Origin: Candidatus Sulfomarinibacteraceae bacterium
GTDB taxonomy: Bacteria; Acidobacteriota; Thermoanaerobaculia; Thermoanaerobaculales; Sulfomarinibacteraceae
Length of the DNA stretch: 64,000 nucleotides
Assembly (NCBI GenBank): GCA_963796455.1
Contig: CAWCLO010000010.1
Coordinates: 1 to 64,000 of the forward strand
Direction of reading: 5' to 3'
Shown: one piece after another, positions 29,957 to 40,568 of the stretch
Position numbering within the stretch: the stretch's first letter is position 1
How the letters are laid out: each line of letters opens with the position of its first letter
Position numbers and translations under genes: made by a program
Notes under the pieces: model-generated
Database searches by the model: none
Seen by the model: the letters and a program-made list of their open reading frames with translations, nothing else
What the model was told of the DNA's origin: nothing

Positions 29957-30445
29957 TCACGAAGCCCGCGTGCGGGCGATGGTTTCGCGGTCGATTTTGC
30001 GCTGCAGCTGCATCAGGCCATAAAGCAGAGCCTCCGGTCGCGGCGGGCAACCGGGGATGTAGACGTCTACCGGGATGATGCGATCCACTCCCTGGGTGAC
30101 GGCATAGGTCTTGTAGGGGCCGCCGCACATGGCGCAGGAGCCCATGGCGAGCACCCACTTGGGCTCCGCCATCTGCTGGTAGAGGCGTTTGACTACCGGC
30201 GCCATCTTTTCGGTCACCGTGCCCGAGACGATCATCATGTCCGCCTGGCGCGGCGAACCGCGGAAGACCTCGGCGCCGAATCGCGCCATGTCGTAGCGCG
30301 AATCGAGGGTCGCCATCATCTCGATGGCGCAACAGGCAAGACCGAACTGCATGGGCCACAGCGACGAACGACGCGCCCAGTTGAAGACCGTGTCGTAGGT
30401 CGTGGTGATGATGTTCTTGGAGAAGCGGTCCTCGATCAGGCCCAT
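29957..30445 (-). CDS. nuoB: NADH-quinone oxidoreductase subunit B
   Basis: [18 protein letters not shown]. Confidence 0.96.
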   Translation of the reverse strand: MGLIEDRFSKNIITTTYDTVFNWARRSSLWPMQFGLACCAIEMMATLDSRYDMARFGAEVFRGSPRQADMMIVSGTVTEKMAPVVKRLYQQMAEPKWVLAMGSCAMCGGPYKTYAVTQGVDRIIPVDVYIPGCPPRPEALLYGLMQLQRKIDRETIARTRAS

Positions 30446-30792
30446 TCGAGCGCCCCCTTTCTCCATGCATAGAGATATCCCACGAGCAAAATGGCGAGAA
30501 AGACCATCATCTCGATGAAGCCGAAGAGCGCCAACTCCTCGAACATCACCGCCCAGGGAAAGAGGAAGATCGTCTCCACGTCAAAGACCACGAACAAAAC
30601 CGCGATCAGGTAGTACCGGATGGAGAATCGAGAATCGAGTGCAAAGGTCGTGGCCTTGTTTCCGCACTCGTATGGTTCGGCCTTCACCGGATCGTAGGAA
30701 CCGAAGCGAATCACCTTTGCCAACAACAAGATGATGATCGGAACGGTAACTGCGACGAGGGTGAAGATCAGAATCGGGACGTAGTGTTCCAT
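30436..30792 (-). CDS. nuoA: NADH-quinone oxidoreductase subunit A
   Basis: [23 protein letters not shown]. Confidence 0.96.
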   Translation of the reverse strand: MEHYVPILIFTLVAVTVPIIILLLAKVIRFGSYDPVKAEPYECGNKATTFALDSRFSIRYYLIAVLFVVFDVETIFLFPWAVMFEELALFGFIEMMVFLAILLVGYLYAWRKGALEWA

Positions 30793-30945
30793 GCCCCTAC
30801 CTCCAATCAAACGCGATCATTCTAACGGTGTATCACCGCTTGTCAATCTTTTCACAAGCTCCTGATTTCAAGTCTCAGACCGGGTTTGAAAGCTCCTTCG
30901 GAACTTTGCCCCCGTTGCGGGCTCCAACTGAGCAGGGAGGCCCCA

Positions 30946-31650
30946 ATGACACGCGGCGACATCCATCCTCGTGCAACATCATACGAGCATCTCTTCGAGA
31001 ACGACAGGGGTGTTCGGACCGGGTTCCGGATCGGGATCCTGGCCGCCACCGCCATTCACCTGACGATCTTCGCCATCACCTGGCCGACCGTTGCGCAGAA
31101 CGTGCCGGAGGACGGCCCACGCACGAGACACATTTACCGGCTGAAGCCGGTCGTTTTTGAACGACCACAACCGGAGATCGTGCTGCCGCAGGCGCCACAA
31201 CGCCGGGGGATGAGCACTTTGCCGCACCCCGTTGCACCTGCCTTTGTCCCAAGAGGCCGGGAGGATTGGCCGGAGTGCGATATTCATCCGAAGATTATTG
31301 ACCCACCGGAAACCATCCTCCCTCCCCCACCACCCGCCCAATCGGGCCCGATGACGGTTCGAGTCGGTCATGAGATCGAAGCGCCCCGATTGATCCACCG
31401 TGTCCGTCCCCGCTATCCGGCCGCTGCCAAGAAGCTCCACCTCACCGGCCCCGTCATCGTCGAGATGCTGATCGACACCGACGGAAGGGTGGTCGAAGTG
31501 AGCGTTCTCCGCGGCCTCCCATTCGGGCTCACCGAGAGCGCCGTCGAGGCGGCCCGCCAATGGCGCTTCGAACCCAGCACCTTCGAGGGCCGCCCGGTGA
31601 GTGTTCGCTACACCCTGACCATTCGCTTCCAGCTGGAGTCGCGCATGTAA
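30946..31650 (+). CDS. TonB-family energy transducer
   Basis: TM anchor, Pro-rich linker, C-terminal YP...IDTDGRV...ARQWRFEP. Confidence 0.85.
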   Translation: MTRGDIHPRATSYEHLFENDRGVRTGFRIGILAATAIHLTIFAITWPTVAQNVPEDGPRTRHIYRLKPVVFERPQPEIVLPQAPQRRGMSTLPHPVAPAFVPRGREDWPECDIHPKIIDPPETILPPPPPAQSGPMTVRVGHEIEAPRLIHRVRPRYPAAAKKLHLTGPVIVEMLIDTDGRVVEVSVLRGLPFGLTESAVEAARQWRFEPSTFEGRPVSVRYTLTIRFQLESRM

Positions 31651-31720
31651 AACGTTGAAATTCTAAACGACCGGACCACCCCCGGTGGTCACCAACTCAA
31701 CACACGAAGGAGGCATCACC

Positions 31721-34203
31721 ATGAAGTCCGTGCAAGCTGTGTCCCGATCTCGTTCTCTGGTCATCGCGTTGTTCATCGTTGTTACCGTTCTGAGCTCGCC
31801 GGCAGCCGCCCACGAAATCACAGGCGGCGCCATGCGATATACCGATCCGGGAAGCGGCGAGGTCACTGAATTTCCTCTGCAACACACCTCGATCCTGGCA
31901 GTGGTCTCCGGCACCGTGGTCGAGGTGACGGTCACTCAGAAATTCGTGAATCCGTTACAGCAAAGGCTCGAGGCCGTCTATGTCTTCCCGCTGCCCGACA
32001 GGGCCGCAGTGGACGATATGTCGATCAAGACCGGTGACCGGATCATCAAGGGCGAAATCCATCGCCGGGAGAAGGCGATGGAAATCTACCGGGAAGCAGT
32101 GGCGGCCGGACATCTCACCGGTCTGCTCGACCAGGAAAGGCCGAATATCTTCACCCAGAAGCTGGCCAACCTCCTGCCCGGCGAGATGGTCGAGGTCGAG
32201 ATCCACTATGTGGAAACACTCCATTACACGCACGGCGACTGGCGGCTCGTCATTCCGACGGTGGTCGGTCCACGCTACATCCCCGGATCACCGGTCGGCC
32301 AAAAGGGCTCCGGGTGGTCCCCTGATACCGACCAGGTGCCCGATGCCTCGCGCATCACGCCAAGGACCCTGACTCCCGGCACGGTGAGCGGCCACCACAT
32401 CGACATCAAGGTGGAGCTCGAGCCCGGTTTTCCGATTGCCGATCTTTCGAGCCCCTCACACGAGGTTTTGATCAAACGGTCCGGCAGAAAACGGGCCGCG
32501 GTCCGGCTGTCACCGCTCGACACCATTCCCAACAAGGATTTCGAGCTCGTCTGGCGAACCGCGGGGCCCGCGATCACCACGGCGACCGTCGCGCACAAGG
32601 TAGGCGACTCGGCTATCTGACCCTCATCCTGCAACCGCCGATCGAGCCTCGCGCGGATCAGATCGTTCCACGCGAAGTGGTTTTCGTATTGGACACCTCC
32701 GGTTCGATGTCCGGTGAGCCCGTCGCAGCCTGCAAACAGCTCACCCGCAAGGCCTTGAAAAAGCTCCGCGAGGGCGACACCTTCCGGCTCATTCATTTTT
32801 CGAACAGCGCATCGATGTTCAGCCGGGACGCGCTTCCGGCGACACCCCAGAACATCGAGCGTGCCCTTTCATATCTCGACGGGTTGAGCGGTGGCGGCGG
32901 AACCGAAATGCTCGAGGGTGTTCGCGCCGCCCTCGATGCGCCGAAAGACCCCAACCGATTGCGGATGGTCCTCTTTCTGACCGACGGCTATATCGGCAAC
33001 GAGGCACAGATTGTCGGCCGGGCGTCCTCGAGTCTCGGCGATGCCCGGATCTTTGCTCTCGGGATCGGCAAATCGGTCAATCGTTTCCTGCTCGACCGCC
33101 TGGCCGAAGCGGGCCGTGGGGTGGCCGAGTACCTCCGGCCCGGCGAATCGCCGGACAGCCTCGTCGATCGCTTTTATGAGCGCATCGCCGACCCCGTGTT
33201 CACCCAGGTCGAACTCGATTGGGGTGACCTTGATGTGGTCGACGTGGAACCGAGACAGCTCCGCGATCTGTTTGCGTCGCAACCGCTCCTGGTTCACGCG
33301 CGCTATCGATCCGGAGGACGCGGAATCGTCACCCTGTCGGGGTTCGCCGGAAGCAAACGACGCGAGATCGAGGTCGAGATCCGCCTGCCGAAAATGGAAA
33401 CGAAGAACCAGGCGCAGGCAAATCTGTGGGCGCGGGCCCGGATCGCCCGCCTCGAAATGGACAAGATGAGGACCGGAAACCAGAAAGTCCTCATCGAAGA
33501 GATCACCGAACTCGCCCTCGAGCACCGGCTGATGACGGCCTATACCTCTTTTGTTGCCGTGCTTCAGTCCGAAATCCGCGACGACGGTAAGCTGGTGACC
33601 CTCGATCAACCGGTACCGATGCCCGAAGGCGTTTCCTTCGAGCGGGTCTTCGGTGATCGAGATCAGGCGTCGAGGCAAACCCCTGGAGCCGCCTCCTTGA
33701 ATTCGGTCTCCCGCATGGCCAGCCCCAGGACCTCGAAGGCGCCGGCGGCAGCAGGATCTCCAAAATCGATGGTCGACTATGGCAGATCTGTAGCAGACGA
33801 AAACATGGTGCTCTCGGTGCCTGATCCCCTTCCACTTCGGATCCCTGGAGGTCCGGCGGATGGCGTCGCGAACTGGGAGCATAAAACCGAGGCCGTCGAG
33901 GTCACCCGACCCCGGGATTCGAATCAGAACGCCGTCTCCCAGGTCGAGATCAATCCGTCGGAGCCCGCCGAAATACCCGCACCATTCCCCGTCCAGGCGA
34001 CTGATCGACCGGCGGGGGTCGTTCCCCCGGTCGCTATCTCGAGCGATCGTGATTCCGGGCCCAACAGAGCTGTGACATCGACTGCGCAGCCCAACACGCG
34101 AGGGTGGTCCGTTGAAATCGACCTGCCACTCCTCGCCGCCAGCATGTTCCTTTTGTTGCTCACCGCCTGCGCCTGGTACATGCGCCGGGTGACGATCGTT
34201 TGA
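31721..34203 (+). CDS. VIT + vWA domain protein with C-terminal TM anchor; one frameshift near 32610
   Basis: VIT (LEAVYVFPLP, QERPNIF); GYLTLILQPP resumes in a shifted frame; MIDAS DTSGSM, FLTDG. Confidence 0.85.
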
Positions 34204-34212
34204 TGACCGACT

Positions 34213-34240
34213 CGGCCCCGGGGGCCACCCCCCCGGGGCC
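34213..34240. terminator. GC hairpin between convergent genes
   Basis: ggccccgggg...ccccggggcc. Confidence 0.6.
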
Positions 34241-34250
34241 TTTGCCCCGG

Positions 34251-35822
34251 TTATTCCCGTCCACTCTTCCACTCGCCGACCGCTTTGGGGCGCACCGCCG
34301 GCTCCCGGTCGAGGCTTCGATAAGCAATCGCCTCGGCGAGGTGTGATGAGGCAATCGATTCGGTCTCCGCAAGATCGGCAATGGTCCGCGCCACCCTCAG
34401 GATGCGGTGGTAGGCGCGAGCCGAAAGCCCGAGGCTGCGGCTCGCGTGATCGAGCAGACGGCGCCCGTCGTCATCCGGGCTCGCCCAACGGCGTATTGCA
34501 TCCGGGCCCATCTCGCCGTTCGCACTCAAGCCCGATCCCTGATAACGATCAACCTGCAACCGCCGCGCCGCACTGACCCGCTCGGCCACCACCTCCGAAG
34601 TCTCCCCCCGTCGATCCGCCGAAAGCGCGCGCCAAGGTACCGCCGGCACGGTCACCTGCAGATCGAGACGATCGAGCAACGGGCCCGAGAGCCGCGCCCG
34701 GTAACGTTGGATGACCACCGGGGTGCAGGTGCAATCGCGCCGCTCATCCCCGAGAAAGCCGCAAGGACAGGGGTTGGCCGCGGCAATCAGTTGGAAACTC
34801 GCCGGAAAGGACAGTGTCGCCTGAGCCCGCGCAACGGTCACATGCCGATCCTCGAGCGGTTGCCGGAGCGCCTCGAGCACATCACGGCGGAATTCGGTCA
34901 GTTCGTCGAGAAAAAGCACACCATGGTGCGCCAGGGAAACCTCGCCCGGCTGGGGGCTGGCGCCGCCTCCGATCAGCGCCGCCGACGAGGTCGTATGGTG
35001 AGGAGCGCGAAAGGGCCTTCGGTCCAGCAACCCGAGCGGTCTCGGCACCCGGGTGGAGACCGAATATACGCAAGTGGTTTCCAGGGATTCCTCATCACTC
35101 ATCGGCGGTAAAACCCCGGGCAGACGACGCGCCAACATCGATTTGCCACTTCCTGGAGGCCCCATGAAGAGCAGATGGTGGCCGCCGGCAGCCGCCACCT
35201 CGAGCGCCCGTCGCGCCTGTTCCTGCCCGATCACATCGGAGAGATTGAAACACCCGGCGGCTACCGACCTGGGGTCGCGAGGGCCCCCCGCGGGCACCGG
35301 CGGATGTTCTCCATCGCGGATATACCGGACGACCTCCGCCAGTGTCGAGGCTCCGACAACCCGAATTCCACCGACCACCGAGCCTTCGCGGTAGTTGGCG
35401 GCCGGGATCACCACCTCGGCAACACCGCGATCCCGAGCGGCGAGCACCATCGGCAGGACCCCTCGAACAGGTTGGAGCCGGCCTTCCAGGGACAACTCAC
35501 CGACCAGGATTCTCCCTTCGAGCCCCTCGATGGGGAGGTCGCCGGTGGTGGCCAACAGGGCCGCCGCCATCGGCAGATCGAGGGCCGCGCCCTCTTTGCG
35601 CTCGTCGGCAGGCGCCAGATTGATGACGATATTGGCCCCTTCGGGGCGCCGGCCGAGATGGCGGATCGCCGCAAAGACCCGTTCGCGGGCTTCACGGACC
35701 GCGGTATCTGGCAGACCGACAACCACCACCGAGGGGTATTGGGAACGGATACGGTCGACCTCGACCGTTACGAACAACGCGTCCACACCGCGCGGCGTGG
35801 CAGAATACGCCTTCGCCAGCAT
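34251..35822 (-). CDS. comM: YifB/ComM Mg-chelatase-like AAA+ ATPase
   Basis: VGLPDTAVRE, GPPGSGKSM, PFRAPHH, GVLFLDE, NPCPCG. Confidence 0.93.
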   Translation of the reverse strand: MLAKAYSATPRGVDALFVTVEVDRIRSQYPSVVVVGLPDTAVREARERVFAAIRHLGRRPEGANIVINLAPADERKEGAALDLPMAAALLATTGDLPIEGLEGRILVGELSLEGRLQPVRGVLPMVLAARDRGVAEVVIPAANYREGSVVGGIRVVGASTLAEVVRYIRDGEHPPVPAGGPRDPRSVAAGCFNLSDVIGQEQARRALEVAAAGGHHLLFMGPPGSGKSMLARRLPGVLPPMSDEESLETTCVYSVSTRVPRPLGLLDRRPFRAPHHTTSSAALIGGGASPQPGEVSLAHHGVLFLDELTEFRRDVLEALRQPLEDRHVTVARAQATLSFPASFQLIAAANPCPCGFLGDERRDCTCTPVVIQRYRARLSGPLLDRLDLQVTVPAVPWRALSADRRGETSEVVAERVSAARRLQVDRYQGSGLSANGEMGPDAIRRWASPDDDGRRLLDHASRSLGLSARAYHRILRVARTIADLAETESIASSHLAEAIAYRSLDREPAVRPKAVGEWKSGRE

Positions 35823-35904
35823 AGTTTTCTCCCAAATTGTGAGCGTGGACAGGCACCACGATGACAGGGGAGCAGGGTGTCGTCAAGCCCCTTCGATGTC
35901 AGGG

Positions 35905-35995
35905 AAGGGGGAAAGGGAGAAAGGGAGAAAGGGAGAAGGGGAAAGGGAGAACGCATCACACGATGCTCGATACTCGATGCTGGATGCTCGATCCC
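35905..35995. repeat. Short tandem arrays (gaaaggga)n and (cgatgct)n
   Basis: Read directly. Confidence 0.75.
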
Positions 35996-36008
35996 GTTGC
36001 CGTTGCCG

Positions 36009-36540
36009 AGAAGGGAGAACCGCCGGCACTGGACTCGCATACATGCGAATACCGCCTCCCGATGTCATCCTGAGCGGAGCTACGCCGGGACAAGTCGCTC
36101 AGGATGACATCTTGCAGGATCGTTCCTTTCCCGGAAAAGGCGAACAGTACCCAAGATGGCAGAGGGCCAGAGGACCGTTCGGCTTCCTCGCTATCGCTAT
36201 CGAACGGCTGCTGTGGATACTGTTAATGGTAGGGAGAAGGGGGAAAGGGAGAATCGCCCGGCACTGGACTCGCATACATGCGAATGTCGCCTCCCGATGT
36301 CATCCTGAGCGGAGCCCCACAGCGGGCGTAGTCGAAGGATCTATGAGATGAACGGAACAACCTCAGTCCGCAGATCCTTCGACTGCGCGCCAATGGCGCT
36401 TCGCTCAGGATGACATCTTGCGGGATCGTTCCGTTCCCGGATGAGGCGAACAGTACCCAAGATGGCAGAGGGGCAGAGGGGCGGAGGACCGCTCGACGTT
36501 CTCGCTATCGCTATCGCTGTCGAACGGCTGCTGTGGATAC
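36009..36540. repeat. Two tandem composite units, each with an inverted REP pair tgtcatcctgagcg / cgctcaggatgaca
   Basis: 36009-36220 and about 36243-36540 share both flanks; the second has longer arms (gtcgaaggatct / agatccttcgac). Confidence 0.85.
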
Positions 36541-36715
36541 CGTTCCCGCTCCTGCATGGAAGAACGGGAGCACCGTACCGGAAACGTTGTTCTTTATAGG
36601 GGTCCCCTGTCCCATGTCCCCGAAATCGGGAATAGAAAGCCCTCGACACTCGTATACAAGATCAAGGAACAAAACACCTCGTGGTGTTAATATGTCTCCT
36701 TACAGCTTGAAATCT

Positions 36716-37064
36716 GGGGGCGTCCAGGTTTTGACGGGGAACGGTTCCGGTTGTCGGCAGCGTGTCGAGGGTCATCCGCTCGTTAATCGGGTGAAGGCAA
36801 CTACAACTGCCGATAATAACTACGCTCTGGCTGCGTAAGTAGCCACGTCGCTCTCGAGGCTCGGCCCGTCGGTCTGAGAGGGACGAAGTTAGATGGGCTG
36901 GACCGCCGTAGCGCCCGAATACGGAGGTCGAGATTTTTCGGGCTGGCCGCGAGGAAGGTTGCCAGCTAACTGACCACGCGGTGAGATAAACTAGCCGGCT
37001 GCACACGGAGAAACCGGCGACCGGAGTTCCTCGGACGTGGGTTCGATTCCCACCGCCTCCACCA
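36716..37064 (+). ncRNA. ssrA: tmRNA, tag peptide (A)ADNNYALAA*
   Basis: 5' GGGGGCG...TTGACGGG; tag 36809-36838; 3' GGTTCGATTCCCACCGCCTCCACCA. Confidence 0.96.
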
Positions 37065-37120
37065 GGCTTCGTTGTCAACCACTGGTTGGCAACGAAGCCT
37101 GCCACGGCGAAGCTGCAAGC

Positions 37121-37462
37121 GAAGCCGGGCACCTTCTCAGGCGTCAGCACCTGGTTGACAACTACGCCCTGGCAAGCCAACACACCGAAAACCAACAAGC
37201 GACCTGTCACGGCGTAGTCAAAGACGAAGCCGGAAGCCGGGCACCCTCTCAGGCGTCAGCACCTGGTTGACAACTACGCCCTGGCAAGCCAACACACCGA
37301 AAACCAACAAGCGACCTGTCACGGCGTAGTCAAAGACGAAGCCGGAAGCCGGGCACCCTCTCAGGCGTCAGCACCTGGTTGACAACTACGCCCTGGCAAG
37401 CCAACACACCGAAAACCAACAAGCGACCTGTCACGGCGTAGTCAAAGACGAAGCCGGAAGCC
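37121..37462 (+). repeat. Three near-identical 112-bp tandem repeats downstream of tmRNA
   Basis: gcgtcagcacctgg recurs at 37141, 37253 and 37365. Confidence 0.95.
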
Positions 37463-37720
37463 CGACAAGCCCTCCACCCTTCGCTGCGTTTCGAGCTACG
37501 CCCCGGTCAACCTTTCCACGCCCAACCAGGCCTCGAACCACCCCTCTGGCAGACTTACCGCCGCTCGGCGTACAATAGGGCCGCATTGAGGGGGATCCGG
37601 GAGTGGGTTGGAATACTCCAAGACCGGATCCATTATGTTTTATGACAATACTGGGGCATGCGCCCCGGGCAGAAGCCCGGCCACGCGGCAGGGCCGCCGG
37701 ATAGGGGTCCTCGGGATTCG

Positions 37721-39151
37721 ATGCGAAAAGCTCAAATCTTTCTTCTCATCGCGCTGACGATTGTTGTCGGCACGTCGTCCGCCCAGGAGTACAACCGCTC
37801 CGTCGAATTTCGTTTCGACGAACACGCGATCGTCGTGCCTCGATTCGGGGCCCGGGTTGAAACGGTGCCGATCCTCGAGTTGATCGGGGCCGAGGTCAAG
37901 TACTCGCTGTCGGCCGGTACCTATGGTGTGATCTACGGCGAGCACGTGGTCCAGTTCGCGGTAGATCACAAGGTGCTGCTGGTTGACGGCACGCTGCAGG
38001 AAGCGCGCGAAACACCGGTCGCGTCTCCGCAGGGCGTGGCGGTCAGTCTCGGTTACCTCGAGCGCCATATCCTGAGCCCACTCGGTTTTCACCTCGAGGC
38101 GGAAGACCGCGCCTATCGCATCCAACGCGGCGCCCGCTTTGCCGAACCGATCAACGTACGCCCGGCGGTGGCGGATTTCGGCACCACAACGACCCTTGTC
38201 CTGACCATGAATCGATTGGCGGATGTCTCGGTGGAGGAGACCTCTCCGGGCCTCATCGCCATTCGCTTCGCAGATGCCAGCCCGCAACTCGACACCGGCG
38301 TGCCGTTTCGATCGAGCCGTGTGCGCTCGTTGGCGGGCCGTGAGCAGATGATCGAAGTCAAGCTCGCCAACAACATCGGACTGCTTGCCTGGCATACCCT
38401 CGAAAGCCCACCGCGAGTGACCATCGAACTCGGACCCTCGCGGGCCACACCGACTCCGGCCCCCGTCCGCGCCCCCGTGGTGACCAGGTCCGGGCCGCGA
38501 CCGATCGTGATCGACCCCGGTCACGGCGGCGAGGATCTCGGCGCTCGATCACCCAACGGGGTTTATGAAAAAGATGTGGTGCTGGCGATCGGGAGAAGGC
38601 TGGCGCGCGTCCTCGAGAGCCGGGGCCGCTCGGTTCGGCTGACCCGCGACGGCGACCAGAGCCGCGCCCTCACCGACCGCACCGCGCTCGCAAACCGCCT
38701 CGAGGCTCCGATTTTCATCTCGCTCCACGCCAACGCTTCGACCCATTCTTCCGTGATCGGGGCCGAGACCTACTACATGAACCTCGATGGCGCCAGCGAC
38801 GAAGCGGCGGCGGCGACCGCGGACCTCGAAAACCGGGCCGGCGCTGCCAGCGGCGAACGGAGCGCCCTCGATCTCATCCTGTGGGATCTGGCGCAGGCGG
38901 AGGTGCTCAACGAGAGTGCCGCCCTGGCATTGGCGGTCCAGGTTCGCCTCAACGCGCAGCTCGGCACCCGGGACCGGGGCGTCAAACAGGCGCCTTTTGT
39001 CGTGCTGACCGGCGCCACGATGCCGGCGATCCTGGTGGAGGTCGGTTTTCTTTCCAACTCGTCCGAGGCCGGTAAACTCTCCGAGCCCGATTACCAGCAG
39101 AAACTCGCCGAAGCCCTGGCCGCCGGTATCGAGGACTTCGTGAGGCGCTGA
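37721..39151 (+). CDS. N-acetylmuramoyl-L-alanine amidase (Amidase_3, AmiC-like)
   Basis: IDPGHGG, EKDVVL, ISLHANA, ILVEVGFLSN; signal peptide. Confidence 0.93.
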   Translation: MRKAQIFLLIALTIVVGTSSAQEYNRSVEFRFDEHAIVVPRFGARVETVPILELIGAEVKYSLSAGTYGVIYGEHVVQFAVDHKVLLVDGTLQEARETPVASPQGVAVSLGYLERHILSPLGFHLEAEDRAYRIQRGARFAEPINVRPAVADFGTTTTLVLTMNRLADVSVEETSPGLIAIRFADASPQLDTGVPFRSSRVRSLAGREQMIEVKLANNIGLLAWHTLESPPRVTIELGPSRATPTPAPVRAPVVTRSGPRPIVIDPGHGGEDLGARSPNGVYEKDVVLAIGRRLARVLESRGRSVRLTRDGDQSRALTDRTALANRLEAPIFISLHANASTHSSVIGAETYYMNLDGASDEAAAATADLENRAGAASGERSALDLILWDLAQAEVLNESAALALAVQVRLNAQLGTRDRGVKQAPFVVLTGATMPAILVEVGFLSNSSEAGKLSEPDYQQKLAEALAAGIEDFVRR

Positions 39152-39717
39152 TGAATCGGCGGATCATCCTGATCGCGATCGCGGTGGTGGCAGTGGTGGC
39201 GCTGTTGATCTGGCTGCTCACCGGAAAACCGCCGCAGCCGGTGGCGGAGCAGGTGTTGCCTGAACTGGTGCTGCCGACTCCTACACCCGCCCCGGAGCAA
39301 AGAATCATCCTGCTATTCGGCGGGTCCGATGGACTGCTCCACCCCGAGCTCCGATCGGTCCCCCTCCCCGAAGAGGTCCATGAGCGCATCAAGATCGTGA
39401 TGCACGAACTCCTTGCCGGCCCGACGAATACCAACAGACTGACCGCGGTCGTACCCTACGACGCGGTTCTCAAGGCGGTCTTTGTCGATCAAGGGGGCAC
39501 GGCCTATGTCGATATCACCCCACCACCGGTGCCCCTCACCGGATCGAGTACCGAACTCATGCTGACTTACGGAGTGGTAGATTCGATCATCCTCAACTGC
39601 CCGGAAGTTACCGCAGTCCAGATCCTCTTCGGCGGCCACGAGGTCAAGACGCTGACCGGTCACCTCGATCTTTCGCGGCCCCTGGTCCTCAACAAGAGGT
39701 TTATCGGCCAATCATGA
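39151..39717 (+). CDS. GerMN domain protein
   Basis: ELLAGP, AYVD, VQILFGG..TLTGHLDL; amidase-GerMN-murI context. Confidence 0.85.
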   Translation: MNRRIILIAIAVVAVVALLIWLLTGKPPQPVAEQVLPELVLPTPTPAPEQRIILLFGGSDGLLHPELRSVPLPEEVHERIKIVMHELLAGPTNTNRLTAVVPYDAVLKAVFVDQGGTAYVDITPPPVPLTGSSTELMLTYGVVDSIILNCPEVTAVQILFGGHEVKTLTGHLDLSRPLVLNKRFIGQS

Positions 39718-40511
39718 GCTCCGGGAAAAGACCGATCGGGATCTTCGACTCGGGGGTCGGAGGCCTCACGGTTCTCACGGCCATGCGAGAGCACATGCCG
39801 GCCGAAGATTATCTGTATCTCGGCGACACCGCTCGGCTGCCCTACGGAACCAAGACCGCCGCCACGGTCCGTCGCTACGCCCTGACCGCTGCCGAACACC
39901 TGATCAAACAGGACGTGAAGCTGCTGATCGTGGCCTGCAATACTGCATCCTCCTACGCCCTTGAGGCGCTTGCCGAGGCCTCGCCGGTCCCGGTCGTCGG
40001 AGTTGTTGAACCCGGTGCGAAAACGGCAATGCAAACCGGGGCCCGACGCGTCGGGGTGATCGGCACCGAGGGGACCATCCGCTCGGCCGCTTATCAGCAG
40101 GCCCTGTCCCGTCTCGACCCGGGGGTTTTGGTGGAGGCGGTCGCCTGCCCACTCCTGGTGCCGCTGGCGGAGGAGGGATGGGGAGACCACCCCGTGACCG
40201 ACGAGGTCGCCCGCCTGTATTTGCGGCCGCTGCAAGAATGGGGGGCTGAAATCCTGATCCTTGGATGCACCCACTACCCCCTCCTCCGTCCATCCCTACA
40301 ACGGGTCGTCGGTCCCGAGGTCATGCTGATCGATTCCGCCCAGGCTGTGGCTGCTGCGGTCATCGGCAATCACAAGGACATCGTCGATGCATCCGGCCGC
40401 GCCTCAGCGAAGGTCCACATCCAACTCACCGACGCATCGGAACGATTTCTTCGAATCACCCGGACAATTCTCGGCCGTGATCCCGAGGATCTCGAGGTCA
40501 TCGATATCTGA
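39714..40511 (+). CDS. murI: Glutamate racemase
   Basis: FDSGVGGLTV, PYGTK, ACNTAS, LGCTHYP. Confidence 0.97.
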   Translation: MSSGKRPIGIFDSGVGGLTVLTAMREHMPAEDYLYLGDTARLPYGTKTAATVRRYALTAAEHLIKQDVKLLIVACNTASSYALEALAEASPVPVVGVVEPGAKTAMQTGARRVGVIGTEGTIRSAAYQQALSRLDPGVLVEAVACPLLVPLAEEGWGDHPVTDEVARLYLRPLQEWGAEILILGCTHYPLLRPSLQRVVGPEVMLIDSAQAVAAAVIGNHKDIVDASGRASAKVHIQLTDASERFLRITRTILGRDPEDLEVIDI

Positions 40512-40568
40512 ATCGGTGTCGCACAGATGATGCGGGCCGACCCGGTTCGTGCGATCATCGTCAGCACA

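Noticed and set aside
34251..35822. comM as an integration target
   Set aside because: The gene is intact and full length here.
36410..36838. 142-aa ORF ending in NNYALAA
   Set aside because: It is read-through of repeats into the tmRNA tag frame, not a separate gene.
37121..37462. Possible CRISPR array
   Set aside because: Whole 112-bp units are repeated with no unique spacers, and no cas genes are present in the window.
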